From assembly GCA_964512315.1 (NCBI GenBank), contig CAZEIK010000004.1:8198-72197 (forward strand): DNA of 64,000 nucleotides, written 5' to 3'. This DNA comes from an uncultured Candidatus Saccharibacteria bacterium (GTDB lineage: Bacteria; Patescibacteriota; Minisyncoccia; Phycocordibacterales; UBA5272). Shown here in pieces: positions 21,669-30,698 of this stretch. The notes under the pieces were generated by a model. The model worked only from the letters and a program-made list of their open reading frames with translations. It was not told where the DNA came from and made no database searches. The translations under genes and the position numbers were made by a program. Numbering within the stretch: the first letter of the stretch is position 1; every line of letters starts with the position of its first letter.

Positions 21669-22124
21669 TTAATTGTCTATTTCTTCTACTCTTTGTATAT
21701 GCCTACCCCCTTCGAACTCCGTCTCAAGGAAAATATCTATAGCCCTATAACACTCCTCCTCTTCTACGAATCTATAACCAAATGATATGGCGTTTGCATC
21801 ATTGTGCTCGCGACCAAGACGAACTATATCTAGTGTCCCACCATAATAAGTCGTGCACCTAATACCCGACTGCCTATTCATTACTATTGCCTCACCTTCA
21901 CCGCTGCCACCAAATACAATAGCTCTTGAGTCTAGTCCATTTTGCAAATCATAACTTAATGCCTCTTTGGCTTGCTTGATAAAAGTAGGATAGTCATCGT
22001 GCTCATCATAAACATAAGCACCGCAGTCCTCCAACTCTACTTCTGGATACTTTTCTTTTAAATAAGCCAAAACTTTTTCTTTTAACTCAAACCCTGCATG
22101 ATCTGTAGCTAAATATATTTTCAT
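21669..22124 (-). CDS. rpiB: Ribose-5-phosphate isomerase B
   Basis: 151 aa. MKIYLATDHAGFELKEKV N-terminus is typical of RpiB/LacAB. Confidence 0.85.
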   Translation of the reverse strand: MKIYLATDHAGFELKEKVLAYLKEKYPEVELEDCGAYVYDEHDDYPTFIKQAKEALSYDLQNGLDSRAIVFGGSGEGEAIVMNRQSGIRCTTYYGGTLDIVRLGREHNDANAISFGYRFVEEEECYRAIDIFLETEFEGGRHIQRVEEIDN

Positions 22125-22125
22125 A

Positions 22126-23235
22126 CTAATCTCTTTTAATTAATTTACCTGCCTTAATAGCATGATCAACTAGGGTGTGAGTGTAGCCCATCTCATTGTC
22201 ATACCAAGCCAAAACCTTGACCAGGTTACCATCTACCACACGAGTCATCTTCAAGTCTGCAATGGATGCATATATACTGCCTTGTATGTCAGAGCTCACC
22301 AGCTCCTCATCTGTCGCATCGAATATCATTTTCCATCTGTCAGTCTGCGCAGCTTTTCTCAATATGTCATTAACCTCCTCGACTGTTGTGTCACGCTTTG
22401 CGATAAATGTTATATCTGCGATTGACCCAGCAGGAACTGGGACACGTATTGATATGCCGTCGAACTTACCAGCTAGAGACGTGAAGGCTTTGGTTACTGC
22501 AATTGCTGCACCAGTTGAAGACGGCACAATATTCTGCCCTCCTGCACGACCTTCACGAAAATCTTTTTTATTTGGACCATCCACAATAGACTGACTAGCT
22601 GTGTAGGCATGAGTTGTCGAAAGTATAGCCTTTTCTATTCCTATCGCTTCGTCCAATATCGCAATAACTGGTGACGAGGCATTAGTTGTACAAGACGCAT
22701 TAGAAGATATATCACAAGCTTGTAATTTGTCTTCGTTAACCCCAAGGAGAACAGTCTCGCCATTTACTGTTGCATCATCGCCAGGCTTAGCAGGTGCAGA
22801 TATGACCACTCTATTTGCTCCAGAGTCCAAGTGAACCTTTGCCTTATCCCAAGAAGTAAACAGTCCAGTACTCTCAATAACAACATCTATGTCCATCTCT
22901 TTCCAAGGTAACAATGTTGGATCTTTTTGTTGTACAAATTTAATACGATGATCTATATCTGTTTTGATTATTATGTATTTCTCAGTCTCACTTTTTTCTT
23001 CTACTTCTACATCAAAATCACTAACACCATATACTGTGTCGTACTTTAATAAATAGGCCATATTGTGTATGTCACCTAGGTCGTTAACAGCTACAACTTC
23101 TAGCTCTTTTCTTTCTATTGCAACCTTTAGGAATGCACGACCAATACGACCGAATCCGTTAATAGCAACTCTAGTTCTCTTTTGCCCTGTGATTATCTCA
23201 CTAGTTGTAATTGCGTGTTTTAATTTACTCAACAT
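22126..23235 (-). CDS. gap: Glyceraldehyde-3-phosphate dehydrogenase
   Basis: 369 aa. INGFGRIGR NAD-binding motif and the SNASCTTN active-site Cys. N-terminal extension plus internal insertions. Confidence 0.9.
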   Translation of the reverse strand: MLSKLKHAITTSEIITGQKRTRVAINGFGRIGRAFLKVAIERKELEVVAVNDLGDIHNMAYLLKYDTVYGVSDFDVEVEEKSETEKYIIIKTDIDHRIKFVQQKDPTLLPWKEMDIDVVIESTGLFTSWDKAKVHLDSGANRVVISAPAKPGDDATVNGETVLLGVNEDKLQACDISSNASCTTNASSPVIAILDEAIGIEKAILSTTHAYTASQSIVDGPNKKDFREGRAGGQNIVPSSTGAAIAVTKAFTSLAGKFDGISIRVPVPAGSIADITFIAKRDTTVEEVNDILRKAAQTDRWKMIFDATDEELVSSDIQGSIYASIADLKMTRVVDGNLVKVLAWYDNEMGYTHTLVDHAIKAGKLIKRD

Positions 23236-23283
23236 AATAATTTGAGTATAACATCAAGATAAGCTTATTATCCTACAGAAGCC

Positions 23284-23357
23284 ACAGAATTTGTGTCGAT
23301 GGGTGGGATCGAACCACCGGCCTGAGGCTTATGAGTCCTCCGCTCTAACCAACTGAG
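23284..23357 (-). tRNA. tRNA-Met or tRNA-Ile2 (anticodon CAU), elongator type
   Basis: Hand-folded cloverleaf on the minus strand. 7-bp acceptor GTCGATG/CATCGAC; D-arm GCTC-AGTTGGTTA-GAGC; anticodon loop CUCAUAA; T-arm GGTGG-TTCGATC-CCACC. C11:G24 is an elongator feature. One A31·G39 mismatch. CCA not encoded. Confidence 0.7.
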
Positions 23358-23420
23358 CTACATCGACGATGTTTAACAAAATAACATAAAACAGAAGAAA
23401 TTTCAATGCTTATTAAAACT

Positions 23421-24215
23421 CTACCTTACTATTACCTGACTTTCATAGAACCGAATATCGTCAAGTTGACCCGTAAAAGGTGAGCCGGATATTGAACCCA
23501 CCTTGAGAGTGTCGGAGTTTGTGTTACTTAAAAGAACTCCGTACGTAAATTGCTCTGCCACCCTAACACCGTCAAAATAAAAGGTGCCCAACCTTGTGCT
23601 AGAGTCAAAAGAAAAAACAACATGATGCCAATTAGTGTCAGTGACTACTACTGGAGAAGACCAGTCATAACCCCAGAAGCCAGCCATAAGATTATCGTAC
23701 CTAAACCCTAGAGCAAATTGCTGACCTCCTCCACCAGGTCCTTTTGAAACAAAGAAATTATTCACAGCCCCAAAATTACCAGTCCTTCTAAACCACAAAC
23801 TCACCGAAAAGCTTTTACCATCTAATTGAGGACTATTAACATTTTTACTTGCAACATAATTTGTTCCATCGAATAACAGTGAATACTGTGAAGATGATGA
23901 ATAAGTGTTCTGTGAGTAAGATACACCTGAAACAGGTATTGTTAGGTCGTTTTGAGGCACATTAGAGGTCTGATTAATACTTGTATCCTTAGCTAACAAC
24001 CCACCTCCTTCGTCAAAGTCATACTTAGTGGTTACGTCGTACCTCTTTTCCAAGTTAATAGCAAATTGTTTTAATTTCGTATCGTTAGCTCTAGCTAGAG
24101 CGTTTTTAAAAGAAGGTATTATTATTACCGACAATACACCTATGATTGCTATCACTACTATCAACTCTAGTAAAGTAAAACCCCGGACACGATATCTCAT
24201 GTTTTGAGTATACAT
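23421..24215 (-). CDS. Type IV pilin-like protein with a C-terminal LamG/ConA-like lectin domain
   Basis: 264 aa. Class III signal RGFTLLELIVVIAIIGVLSVIIIPSF (G|FTLLE). The C-terminus matches the laminin-G fold (…SVSLWFRR…, TNWHHVVFSFD…LGTFYFDGVRV). Confidence 0.7.
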   Translation of the reverse strand: MYTQNMRYRVRGFTLLELIVVIAIIGVLSVIIIPSFKNALARANDTKLKQFAINLEKRYDVTTKYDFDEGGGLLAKDTSINQTSNVPQNDLTIPVSGVSYSQNTYSSSSQYSLLFDGTNYVASKNVNSPQLDGKSFSVSLWFRRTGNFGAVNNFFVSKGPGGGGQQFALGFRYDNLMAGFWGYDWSSPVVVTDTNWHHVVFSFDSSTRLGTFYFDGVRVAEQFTYGVLLSNTNSDTLKVGSISGSPFTGQLDDIRFYESQVIVR

Positions 24216-24245
24216 ATATATATGTATATTGAAAGTGAATAACAG

Positions 24246-24275
24246 AAAAAGCAGTCGTTTTCGCGACTGCTTTTT
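24246..24275. terminator. Rho-independent terminator hairpin
   Basis: gcagtcg-tttt(cg)-cgactgc stem-loop with a 5' A-tract and a 3' T-tract. Confidence 0.55.
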
Positions 24276-24284
24276 CTATACTTG

Positions 24285-24355
24285 TTGCGGGAGGACGAAT
24301 CGAACGTCCGCCTGGAGGTTATGAGCCTCCCGAGCTACCTCTACTCAATCCCGCT
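24285..24355 (-). tRNA. Initiator-like tRNA-Met (anticodon CAU)
   Basis: Hand-folded. Acceptor G2–A7/T66–C71 with an unpaired A1·A72 (an initiator hallmark). A11:U24 in the D-stem (initiator feature). Anticodon stem GGAGG/CCTCC; loop CUCAUAA; T-arm GGACG-TTCGATT-CGTCC. Confidence 0.6.
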
Positions 24356-24383
24356 ATATCTATGTTTTTACAATAACATAGAT

Positions 24384-25772
24384 TTAAATAATTTTCAACT
24401 CTTTGAACACAGCTTCGTATTCTGCAAAGGCGCGCCTTGCGTCTCTTTGTGTTAAAGTAAACTTCATACCCTCATGAGCTATTCTGTTGCGCAGCTTGTG
24501 TGCGTCCCAAGCCAAATCAATAGATCGGAAATTAGCCTCTTTTAACATCTCACCCAGATCCTCACCCGGATAACCAGCTACTCTCAATGTATCGTGTAAT
24601 AGGTTGTCAGCCTCAAGTATTCCTATTCTCCATAATGTTTCGTGGTCAGCAGCCATATAATCCTCAATCATAGCCCAACGTGGATGTTTAACATATTCAA
24701 CCTCTTTTGGTGGTTGCACCTCATGAGCAACAACATGCGGATTGTGAGCATGAACCACCTCACTACTGTGGTCTTCATGGTCAGCTTTATGTTCGTCATG
24801 ATTATGCCCCTTATCAAATATGCCCTTGTATCCGATGGCGTCGTGGAATAAGTGCTCATAATGCTCTACTGCGTGCCTCATTCTCATGAACCATAAGTAA
24901 AAAATAAAAATAGTGATAGGTAACATAAATAAGCTGAGTAGAGTTAATATGTCAGAAAGAAAAGATAGGAAATGATTCTGTATCGAAAGGGTTAACCCGC
25001 CATCCCCAGAGCCAGCAACAGAATGTAGCACATCATTTACATTAGCAGAGTTATGGCTATCGGTAGGATATGGATCAATATTGTCATACATACCATCACC
25101 ATCAGTATCTCTATTGTTCGGGTCTGTGCCTATTAACTTTTCATAGTGATCACCAACACCGTCCCCATCAGTATCTACATCGTCGTAAGAATAAGTTCTA
25201 TATGGGTCAAGTGGGTACGCATCACGCCCATCCAATGTACCATCACCATCAGTGTCTCTATTAAGCGGGTCGGTACCTCTGAATAACTCATCACCATCAA
25301 GTATTCCGTCATGATCTGTATCTGGATTATTAGGATCCATATTCTTAGAGCTCTCAACACTGTCAGGTACGCCGTCACCATCAAAGTCTCTGGGTGACAT
25401 ACCTATCCACATTCTTAAGTGATCGGTCCAGGCTAGGTCGTTACCATATATTTCTTTTATTTGCTCAGTTGTTAGATTGTGAGCATCAAAAGTCTTTGGG
25501 TCTCTTATATCTGGTATACCATCACCGTCGGTGTCTTTGCTGGTATTGAATCCAATATTATCCAAGAAGTTTAAATTAGAAATTGGTTCTGTACTACTTG
25601 AGTTACTATTAAGCCAACCCCTCTCACGTAATCCGTCCCACTCTGGATCGGCAACACTGTTCAGATACTCCTCAGGAGACATTCTGCGAATCCAAAAATA
25701 CCAAGCGTATCTGAGCCATAAGAGTCCATCATAAACTCGGTTAAACAAATAATCTAAACTGAAAGAATACAC
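24384..25772 (-). CDS. Membrane protein with thrombospondin-type-3-like Ca-binding repeats, a His-rich linker and a C-terminal HEPN-like (Rx4H) domain
   Basis: 462 aa. At least six D(T/F)DGDG(I/V/T)PD repeats. One TM helix (LTLLSLFMLPITIFIFYLWFM). A His-rich stretch (HNHDEHKADHEDH…HAHNPHVVAHE). The C-terminal ~90 aa contain KLRNRIAHEG. Confidence 0.5.
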   Translation of the reverse strand: MYSFSLDYLFNRVYDGLLWLRYAWYFWIRRMSPEEYLNSVADPEWDGLRERGWLNSNSSSTEPISNLNFLDNIGFNTSKDTDGDGIPDIRDPKTFDAHNLTTEQIKEIYGNDLAWTDHLRMWIGMSPRDFDGDGVPDSVESSKNMDPNNPDTDHDGILDGDELFRGTDPLNRDTDGDGTLDGRDAYPLDPYRTYSYDDVDTDGDGVGDHYEKLIGTDPNNRDTDGDGMYDNIDPYPTDSHNSANVNDVLHSVAGSGDGGLTLSIQNHFLSFLSDILTLLSLFMLPITIFIFYLWFMRMRHAVEHYEHLFHDAIGYKGIFDKGHNHDEHKADHEDHSSEVVHAHNPHVVAHEVQPPKEVEYVKHPRWAMIEDYMAADHETLWRIGILEADNLLHDTLRVAGYPGEDLGEMLKEANFRSIDLAWDAHKLRNRIAHEGMKFTLTQRDARRAFAEYEAVFKELKII

Positions 25773-25779
25773 TAGTTAA

Positions 25780-27171
25780 TTATAAACCCTCTATATCGCT
25801 TGCGATAGTGAATAAGTGGTCTTCTTGACCCCATGACGCAAGAGCCTGGACACCAAAAGGTAACCCTTCTTTACTTCTACCAGTTGGAAACGATATTCCC
25901 GGCACTCCAACAATGTTAGCAGGAACAGTAAATATGTCAGCTAAATACATAGAAAGAGGGTCGTGCTTGTCGCCGAACTTCCAAGGAAGAACTGGGGAGG
26001 TCGGTGTTAGTATTATGTCTATATCCTTGAAAGCTTTTTCAAATTCTTGCTTTAAAAGATTACGAACTGATACAGCTTTGTAATAATAAGCATCATAGTA
26101 TCCACTAGAGAGTACATACGCACCAAGTAATGATCTACGTAACGGCTCCTCACCTAGTCCCGCTCCACGGCTTTGCATCATGCTCGCCGCTGGCGTGTCA
26201 GCGCTCACATGCTTACCATATCTAACACCTTCGAATCTAGCCAAATTACTACTAACTTCTGCTGGCATCAATATGTAATATACAGCTAACGCCTTTTCTA
26301 TATTCTTAATATCAACTGGCACTATCTCGTAACCTGCGGACTTTAAGAAGTCTATAGTTTTATTAAAATTCTCTTTTACTTCTGCATCGACACCGTCTTG
26401 ATTGACAAACATTTGAGGTACACCAACCTTTTTTCTAAAAGCCTTCTTCTCTATCTCATTAATCGTGGTCGCATCCTTAACGTCCTTGCCTGATATTGTT
26501 TGGAATATTATCTTCGCATCTTCTACAGAGTTAGTGAATGAGCCTATGACATCCAAAGATGATCCCATAGCTATAAGACCATAACGACTAACTGATCCAT
26601 ATGTTGGTTTTAGCCCTACCGTACCAGTAAAGCTCGCTGGCTGCCTAATACTGCCTCCAGTGTCAGATCCTAGTGACACAGGCACTCCACCATACGCAAC
26701 AACAGCAGCTGAGCCTCCAGAAGACCCACCCGGAACCCTAGTCATGTCTATTGGGTTAAGAGTTTTCTTATACGCACTATTCTCAGTTGAACTACCCATA
26801 GCGAACTCATCCATGTTGGCACGCCCAACTATGACTGCACCAGCTTCACGTAACTTTCTTACAACAGTCGCATCATATGTAGCTGTGTAATTCTCTAACA
26901 TCTTGCTGCCTGCACTAGCAATGTGCCCTTTTACACAAATATTATCTTTAAGAACTATAGGAACACCTGTCATGTCTACATTCTTACCTGATTGCCACAT
27001 AGCCTCTGCAATAGCAACTTGTGCCTCTATGTCAGCATCAGAATATAACTCCAACAATGCACCAACTTGCTGATCTTTTTCTTTTATTATATTTACAAAG
27101 TCAAAAACTGTTTTAGAAACTCCGTCCTGCTTAATCTTATCTTTTATATTTAAAATTGTTGAAGCTTTCAT
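25780..27171 (-). CDS. gatA: Glutamyl-tRNA(Gln)/Aspartyl-tRNA(Asn) amidotransferase subunit A
   Basis: 463 aa. Amidase signature GGSSGGSAA. Confidence 0.9.
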   Translation of the reverse strand: MKASTILNIKDKIKQDGVSKTVFDFVNIIKEKDQQVGALLELYSDADIEAQVAIAEAMWQSGKNVDMTGVPIVLKDNICVKGHIASAGSKMLENYTATYDATVVRKLREAGAVIVGRANMDEFAMGSSTENSAYKKTLNPIDMTRVPGGSSGGSAAVVAYGGVPVSLGSDTGGSIRQPASFTGTVGLKPTYGSVSRYGLIAMGSSLDVIGSFTNSVEDAKIIFQTISGKDVKDATTINEIEKKAFRKKVGVPQMFVNQDGVDAEVKENFNKTIDFLKSAGYEIVPVDIKNIEKALAVYYILMPAEVSSNLARFEGVRYGKHVSADTPAASMMQSRGAGLGEEPLRRSLLGAYVLSSGYYDAYYYKAVSVRNLLKQEFEKAFKDIDIILTPTSPVLPWKFGDKHDPLSMYLADIFTVPANIVGVPGISFPTGRSKEGLPFGVQALASWGQEDHLFTIASDIEGL

Positions 27172-27175
27172 AAAT

Positions 27176-27466
27176 TTACTGCTTGATTACTTGAGACACT
27201 TTGTAATAACCATTTTGAGACTCTGGCGCATTCTTTAAAGCCATCTCTCTGTGACCAGCGTCTTCTAGCACAATGTCCCCTTTATAAACATCGTGCGGAG
27301 TACCATCATTAACCTGTCCAACTTCTACAGAAGACGTGTCAACTGACTGCACCTCTTTTATATAATTTAAAATATCGCCGATTTGTTTAGCGTAAAGCTC
27401 GCGCTTGCTATCATCAATTTTTACTTTAGCTAGTCCTTCTAAATAATTTATTACCTCTGTATCCAT
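27176..27466 (-). CDS. gatC: Amidotransferase subunit C
   Basis: 96 aa, immediately upstream of gatA. GatC-like N-terminus. Confidence 0.8.
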   Translation of the reverse strand: MDTEVINYLEGLAKVKIDDSKRELYAKQIGDILNYIKEVQSVDTSSVEVGQVNDGTPHDVYKGDIVLEDAGHREMALKNAPESQNGYYKVSQVIKQ

Positions 27467-27473
27467 CTGATGA

Positions 27474-29456
27474 TTATAACATTTTTTGATAATCCTCGAA
27501 ATTGATTACTTTCACGCCCAGCCTGGTCGCGTCATCTAATTTACTGCCAGGGTCCTGTCCACACAAAAGATATGAAGTTTTGCCACTAACACTACTAGAT
27601 ACTTTTCCTCCATGTGACTCGATTTCATTTTTAATAATGTCTCTAGATATCTCAAAAGACCCAGTAATAACAAATGTTTTACCCTCTAGCGCTTGTGAAA
27701 TATTTATATTTTTGACTTTATTTACTTTTATATATGAGAGCAGGTCATCTACAAGCTTCTTACTTTTAGCGTTATTAAAAAATGCCACCAGGCTCTTAGC
27801 AGACTCTTCACCTATATTTGGAGTTTGTAATAATTGTTCTAAGGAAGCATCTCTTAAAGCTGTAAAGCTTTTAAAATACTTCGCTAACTCTTTTGCTGTC
27901 GTTTCTCCTATGTGACGAATACCTAACGAGTATATAAAATTATCCAACTCCACAACCTTGCTGCCCTGTATTGAGTTGATTATGTTCTCAGCGCTCTTCT
28001 TGCCGTAACCGAATAGTCCCTCTATGTCGCTCACTTTTAATTCATATATACTAGCTGCATCTGTTATAAGGCCAAGCTCTGCGAACTCATATATTATCTT
28101 CTCTCCTAGTCCTTCTATATTCATTCCTTTCTTAGAGACAAAATGCACAAGTGACTCGAGATGCTTAGCATTACAATCTGGATTCAAACAATATAGAGCA
28201 ACTGATCCATCTAACTTTTGCAACTTAGAATTACATGTCGGACAATTTGTTGGCATCTCAAATGCGTGTGACCCTTTAGGTCTCAAACTTAAGACAACCT
28301 CTAACACCTCCGGTATAATGTCTCCTGCTTTTTGTAGTATTACAGTATCACCAACACGTACATCTAGTCTTTGTATCTCGTCAGGATTATGCAATGTAGC
28401 ACGCGAGACAGTGCTGCCCGCAATTAGAACTGGCGAAAGATTGGCAACCGGAGTGATAGCGCCAGTGCGCCCGACTTGGCAGACAATACTCTCGATAACA
28501 CTTGTTGCTTGTTCAGCGGGGAACTTATAAGCAATACCAGCACGAGGACTCTTGGCTGTGTAGCCAAGTGACTCAAAAATCTCTCTCTCGTTAACTTTTA
28601 CAACCATACCATCAACACCAAATTCAAAGTTGCCCCTAATCTCTTTCCAAGTGTCGTAAATATCTTGAACCTCTTTTATACCTCTGGCATATTTAGATTC
28701 CGAGTTCACCATGAACCCTAAATCTTTGAGAAGCTCTAACTCTTCTATTTGTGTTGGTGGCAAGTCCAAGCTATACATATCAATATCATATGCAAAATAA
28801 TGCAGCTTTCTAGACGATGCAGCACTGGAGTCTAGCTGTCTCAATGTTCCTGCTGCCAAGTTACGTGGATTAGCGTACTTCTCCTCTCCTTCTTTTAATT
28901 TTTGGTTGAACTTCTCAAAATCAGACTTTTTAATAAAACATTCACCTATTACTATTATGTCTACACTTTTGTTTAACTTGAGCGGTACTGACTTTATAGT
29001 TCTAACATTATGAGTCACATCTTCACCAACCTCCCCGTCACCACGAGTAGCAGCTTGGACCAATTCTCCACTCTTATAAGTCAGAACTAATTTTAGTCCG
29101 TCAATCTTAAACTCACAAACATAACTTGGCTTTATGCTAATATTAGACTTATTTAAAATGGTTAAGTTCCTTTCTTCCCAATTTGAAAGCTCCTCAAAGT
29201 TAAATACATTATCGAAACTCCATTGTCTGGTTGCGTGTTTAACTTTTTTAAAGCTATCAATTACTTCTCCGCCAACCCTCTGAGATGGAGAATTCTTGTC
29301 ATACATACTTGGATACTTAGCTTCAAGAGAGACTAGTTCAGTCATCATGGTGTCATAAGCCTCATCACTAATAGTTGGCCTATCCAGAACATGATAAGCA
29401 TATCTATGTTTCTCCAGTTCGTCTCTTAACTTAAGCAATCTCTCTTGTTCAGTCAT
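27474..29456 (-). CDS. ligA: NAD-dependent DNA ligase
   Basis: 660 aa. Adenylation motif KIDGLKL and a C-terminal zinc finger (CPTCNSKL…C…C), followed by HhH and BRCT regions. Confidence 0.92.
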   Translation of the reverse strand: MTEQERLLKLRDELEKHRYAYHVLDRPTISDEAYDTMMTELVSLEAKYPSMYDKNSPSQRVGGEVIDSFKKVKHATRQWSFDNVFNFEELSNWEERNLTILNKSNISIKPSYVCEFKIDGLKLVLTYKSGELVQAATRGDGEVGEDVTHNVRTIKSVPLKLNKSVDIIVIGECFIKKSDFEKFNQKLKEGEEKYANPRNLAAGTLRQLDSSAASSRKLHYFAYDIDMYSLDLPPTQIEELELLKDLGFMVNSESKYARGIKEVQDIYDTWKEIRGNFEFGVDGMVVKVNEREIFESLGYTAKSPRAGIAYKFPAEQATSVIESIVCQVGRTGAITPVANLSPVLIAGSTVSRATLHNPDEIQRLDVRVGDTVILQKAGDIIPEVLEVVLSLRPKGSHAFEMPTNCPTCNSKLQKLDGSVALYCLNPDCNAKHLESLVHFVSKKGMNIEGLGEKIIYEFAELGLITDAASIYELKVSDIEGLFGYGKKSAENIINSIQGSKVVELDNFIYSLGIRHIGETTAKELAKYFKSFTALRDASLEQLLQTPNIGEESAKSLVAFFNNAKSKKLVDDLLSYIKVNKVKNINISQALEGKTFVITGSFEISRDIIKNEIESHGGKVSSSVSGKTSYLLCGQDPGSKLDDATRLGVKVINFEDYQKML

Positions 29457-29475
29457 TTGCCTACATTATAACAAA

Positions 29476-30102
29476 TTAATTGTATCTTTTGACCACTACA
29501 CGCTCAACCCTAGAAGTAGAGTCGCAAGGAACTTTGCCGCGACCAATAATGAGTACCGCACCAGTAGAAGTTGTGTGCATTTCTATCTCAGCGCAAGCAA
29601 ATCTTGGAAAGTCAGCCCTCTTTATGCTAACCAACACTTTTGCACCCCCAGAATATGTAGCTATATTAGACGCGGATATTGTTGTAGTTGATTGATAATC
29701 AGCAGTTGAGGCAGTACTAGTTCCTGGTGCAGAAGATAAAGCTGTGAACGATAATGGAAATAGTGGCACATCAAAGCAACCAACAGTAGTCGGATCTACA
29801 TAAGGAAAATTACCAGTATTAGAATCAAAATGCGTAGAGATAAATGACGTGATTACTGGGAAAATACTTCGATTAATATCAGGATTTGGGCTATTTTTAA
29901 AATTTTTAAACACTGATTCCGCACACATCATAGATGAGTCAGCAAGTGAGGCTGCTACTCTTGTGTCATAGCTGATATTGCTCTCTCTTAGGTCTCTTAA
30001 CATTATTATAGTAATAGCAATAGTAAGGGTCAGTAAGACCGCCACCACTATCATAGCTATACCTAATACGAAACCTCTATTTTTATTTCTATTGATATAC
30101 AT
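29476..30102 (-). CDS. Minor pilin / pseudopilin-like protein (lacks Glu+5; GspK/PilX-like)
   Basis: 208 aa. N-terminal RGFVLGIAMIVVAVLL hydrophobic segment without the conserved Glu. Last gene of the minor-pilin block. Confidence 0.5.
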   Translation of the reverse strand: MYINRNKNRGFVLGIAMIVVAVLLTLTIAITIIMLRDLRESNISYDTRVAASLADSSMMCAESVFKNFKNSPNPDINRSIFPVITSFISTHFDSNTGNFPYVDPTTVGCFDVPLFPLSFTALSSAPGTSTASTADYQSTTTISASNIATYSGGAKVLVSIKRADFPRFACAEIEMHTTSTGAVLIIGRGKVPCDSTSRVERVVVKRYN

Positions 30103-30697
30103 AAGATGTTACTTGCATTTTATCATTACATATTCCTCTGTCATAACAAACAGTCGATATAACTTTCACTCCTGTATACCACTGATTATTGCTAGACCTG
30201 TCTTTCCATCTATCAACTCTCTGCATAGATATGTATCTTGAGAATCTTGTGCTTGTAGCAGTTGAGTTACAGACAAATTCTCCACTACTGTTGTTATACA
30301 AAATAGTGCACGATGGATTGTCTGTGTATGTAGCAAGTGTAGGAATAAAAGATGTCTTATCGAATCTGCAATAATTAGCACCAGCGTCTACACAATAAGA
30401 CATTTTATTTAGAAACATCGGAAAAGAAGTGGTAGCAGCCGAAGGTCCGAGTGCACACTCGTCAACGCCTGGATTAGTAGTACAATATGTCTCTAGAGAC
30501 TTTCTAAAAAAGATCACCAGCTCCACACCCTCATTAGCTAGATACGTAGCTTGGGCTCTAGTACTAGCAAGCCTAGAAACTTTTTCTATCTGATAAGTAA
30601 GAGCAAGAGGCGCAATTATTACTATCATAAGTATAGTAATAGCAACCATTGCTTCTACTAGAATAAAACCTTGATTTTGTTTTTTAATTTTAAACAT
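30089..30697 (-). CDS. Minor type IV pilin
   Basis: 202 aa. Prepilin motif QGFILVEAMVAITIL. Confidence 0.65.
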   Translation of the reverse strand: MFKIKKQNQGFILVEAMVAITILMIVIIAPLALTYQIEKVSRLASTRAQATYLANEGVELVIFFRKSLETYCTTNPGVDECALGPSAATTSFPMFLNKMSYCVDAGANYCRFDKTSFIPTLATYTDNPSCTILYNNSSGEFVCNSTATSTRFSRYISMQRVDRWKDRSSNNQWYTGVKVISTVCYDRGICNDKMQVTSYVYQ

Positions 30698-30698
30698 A

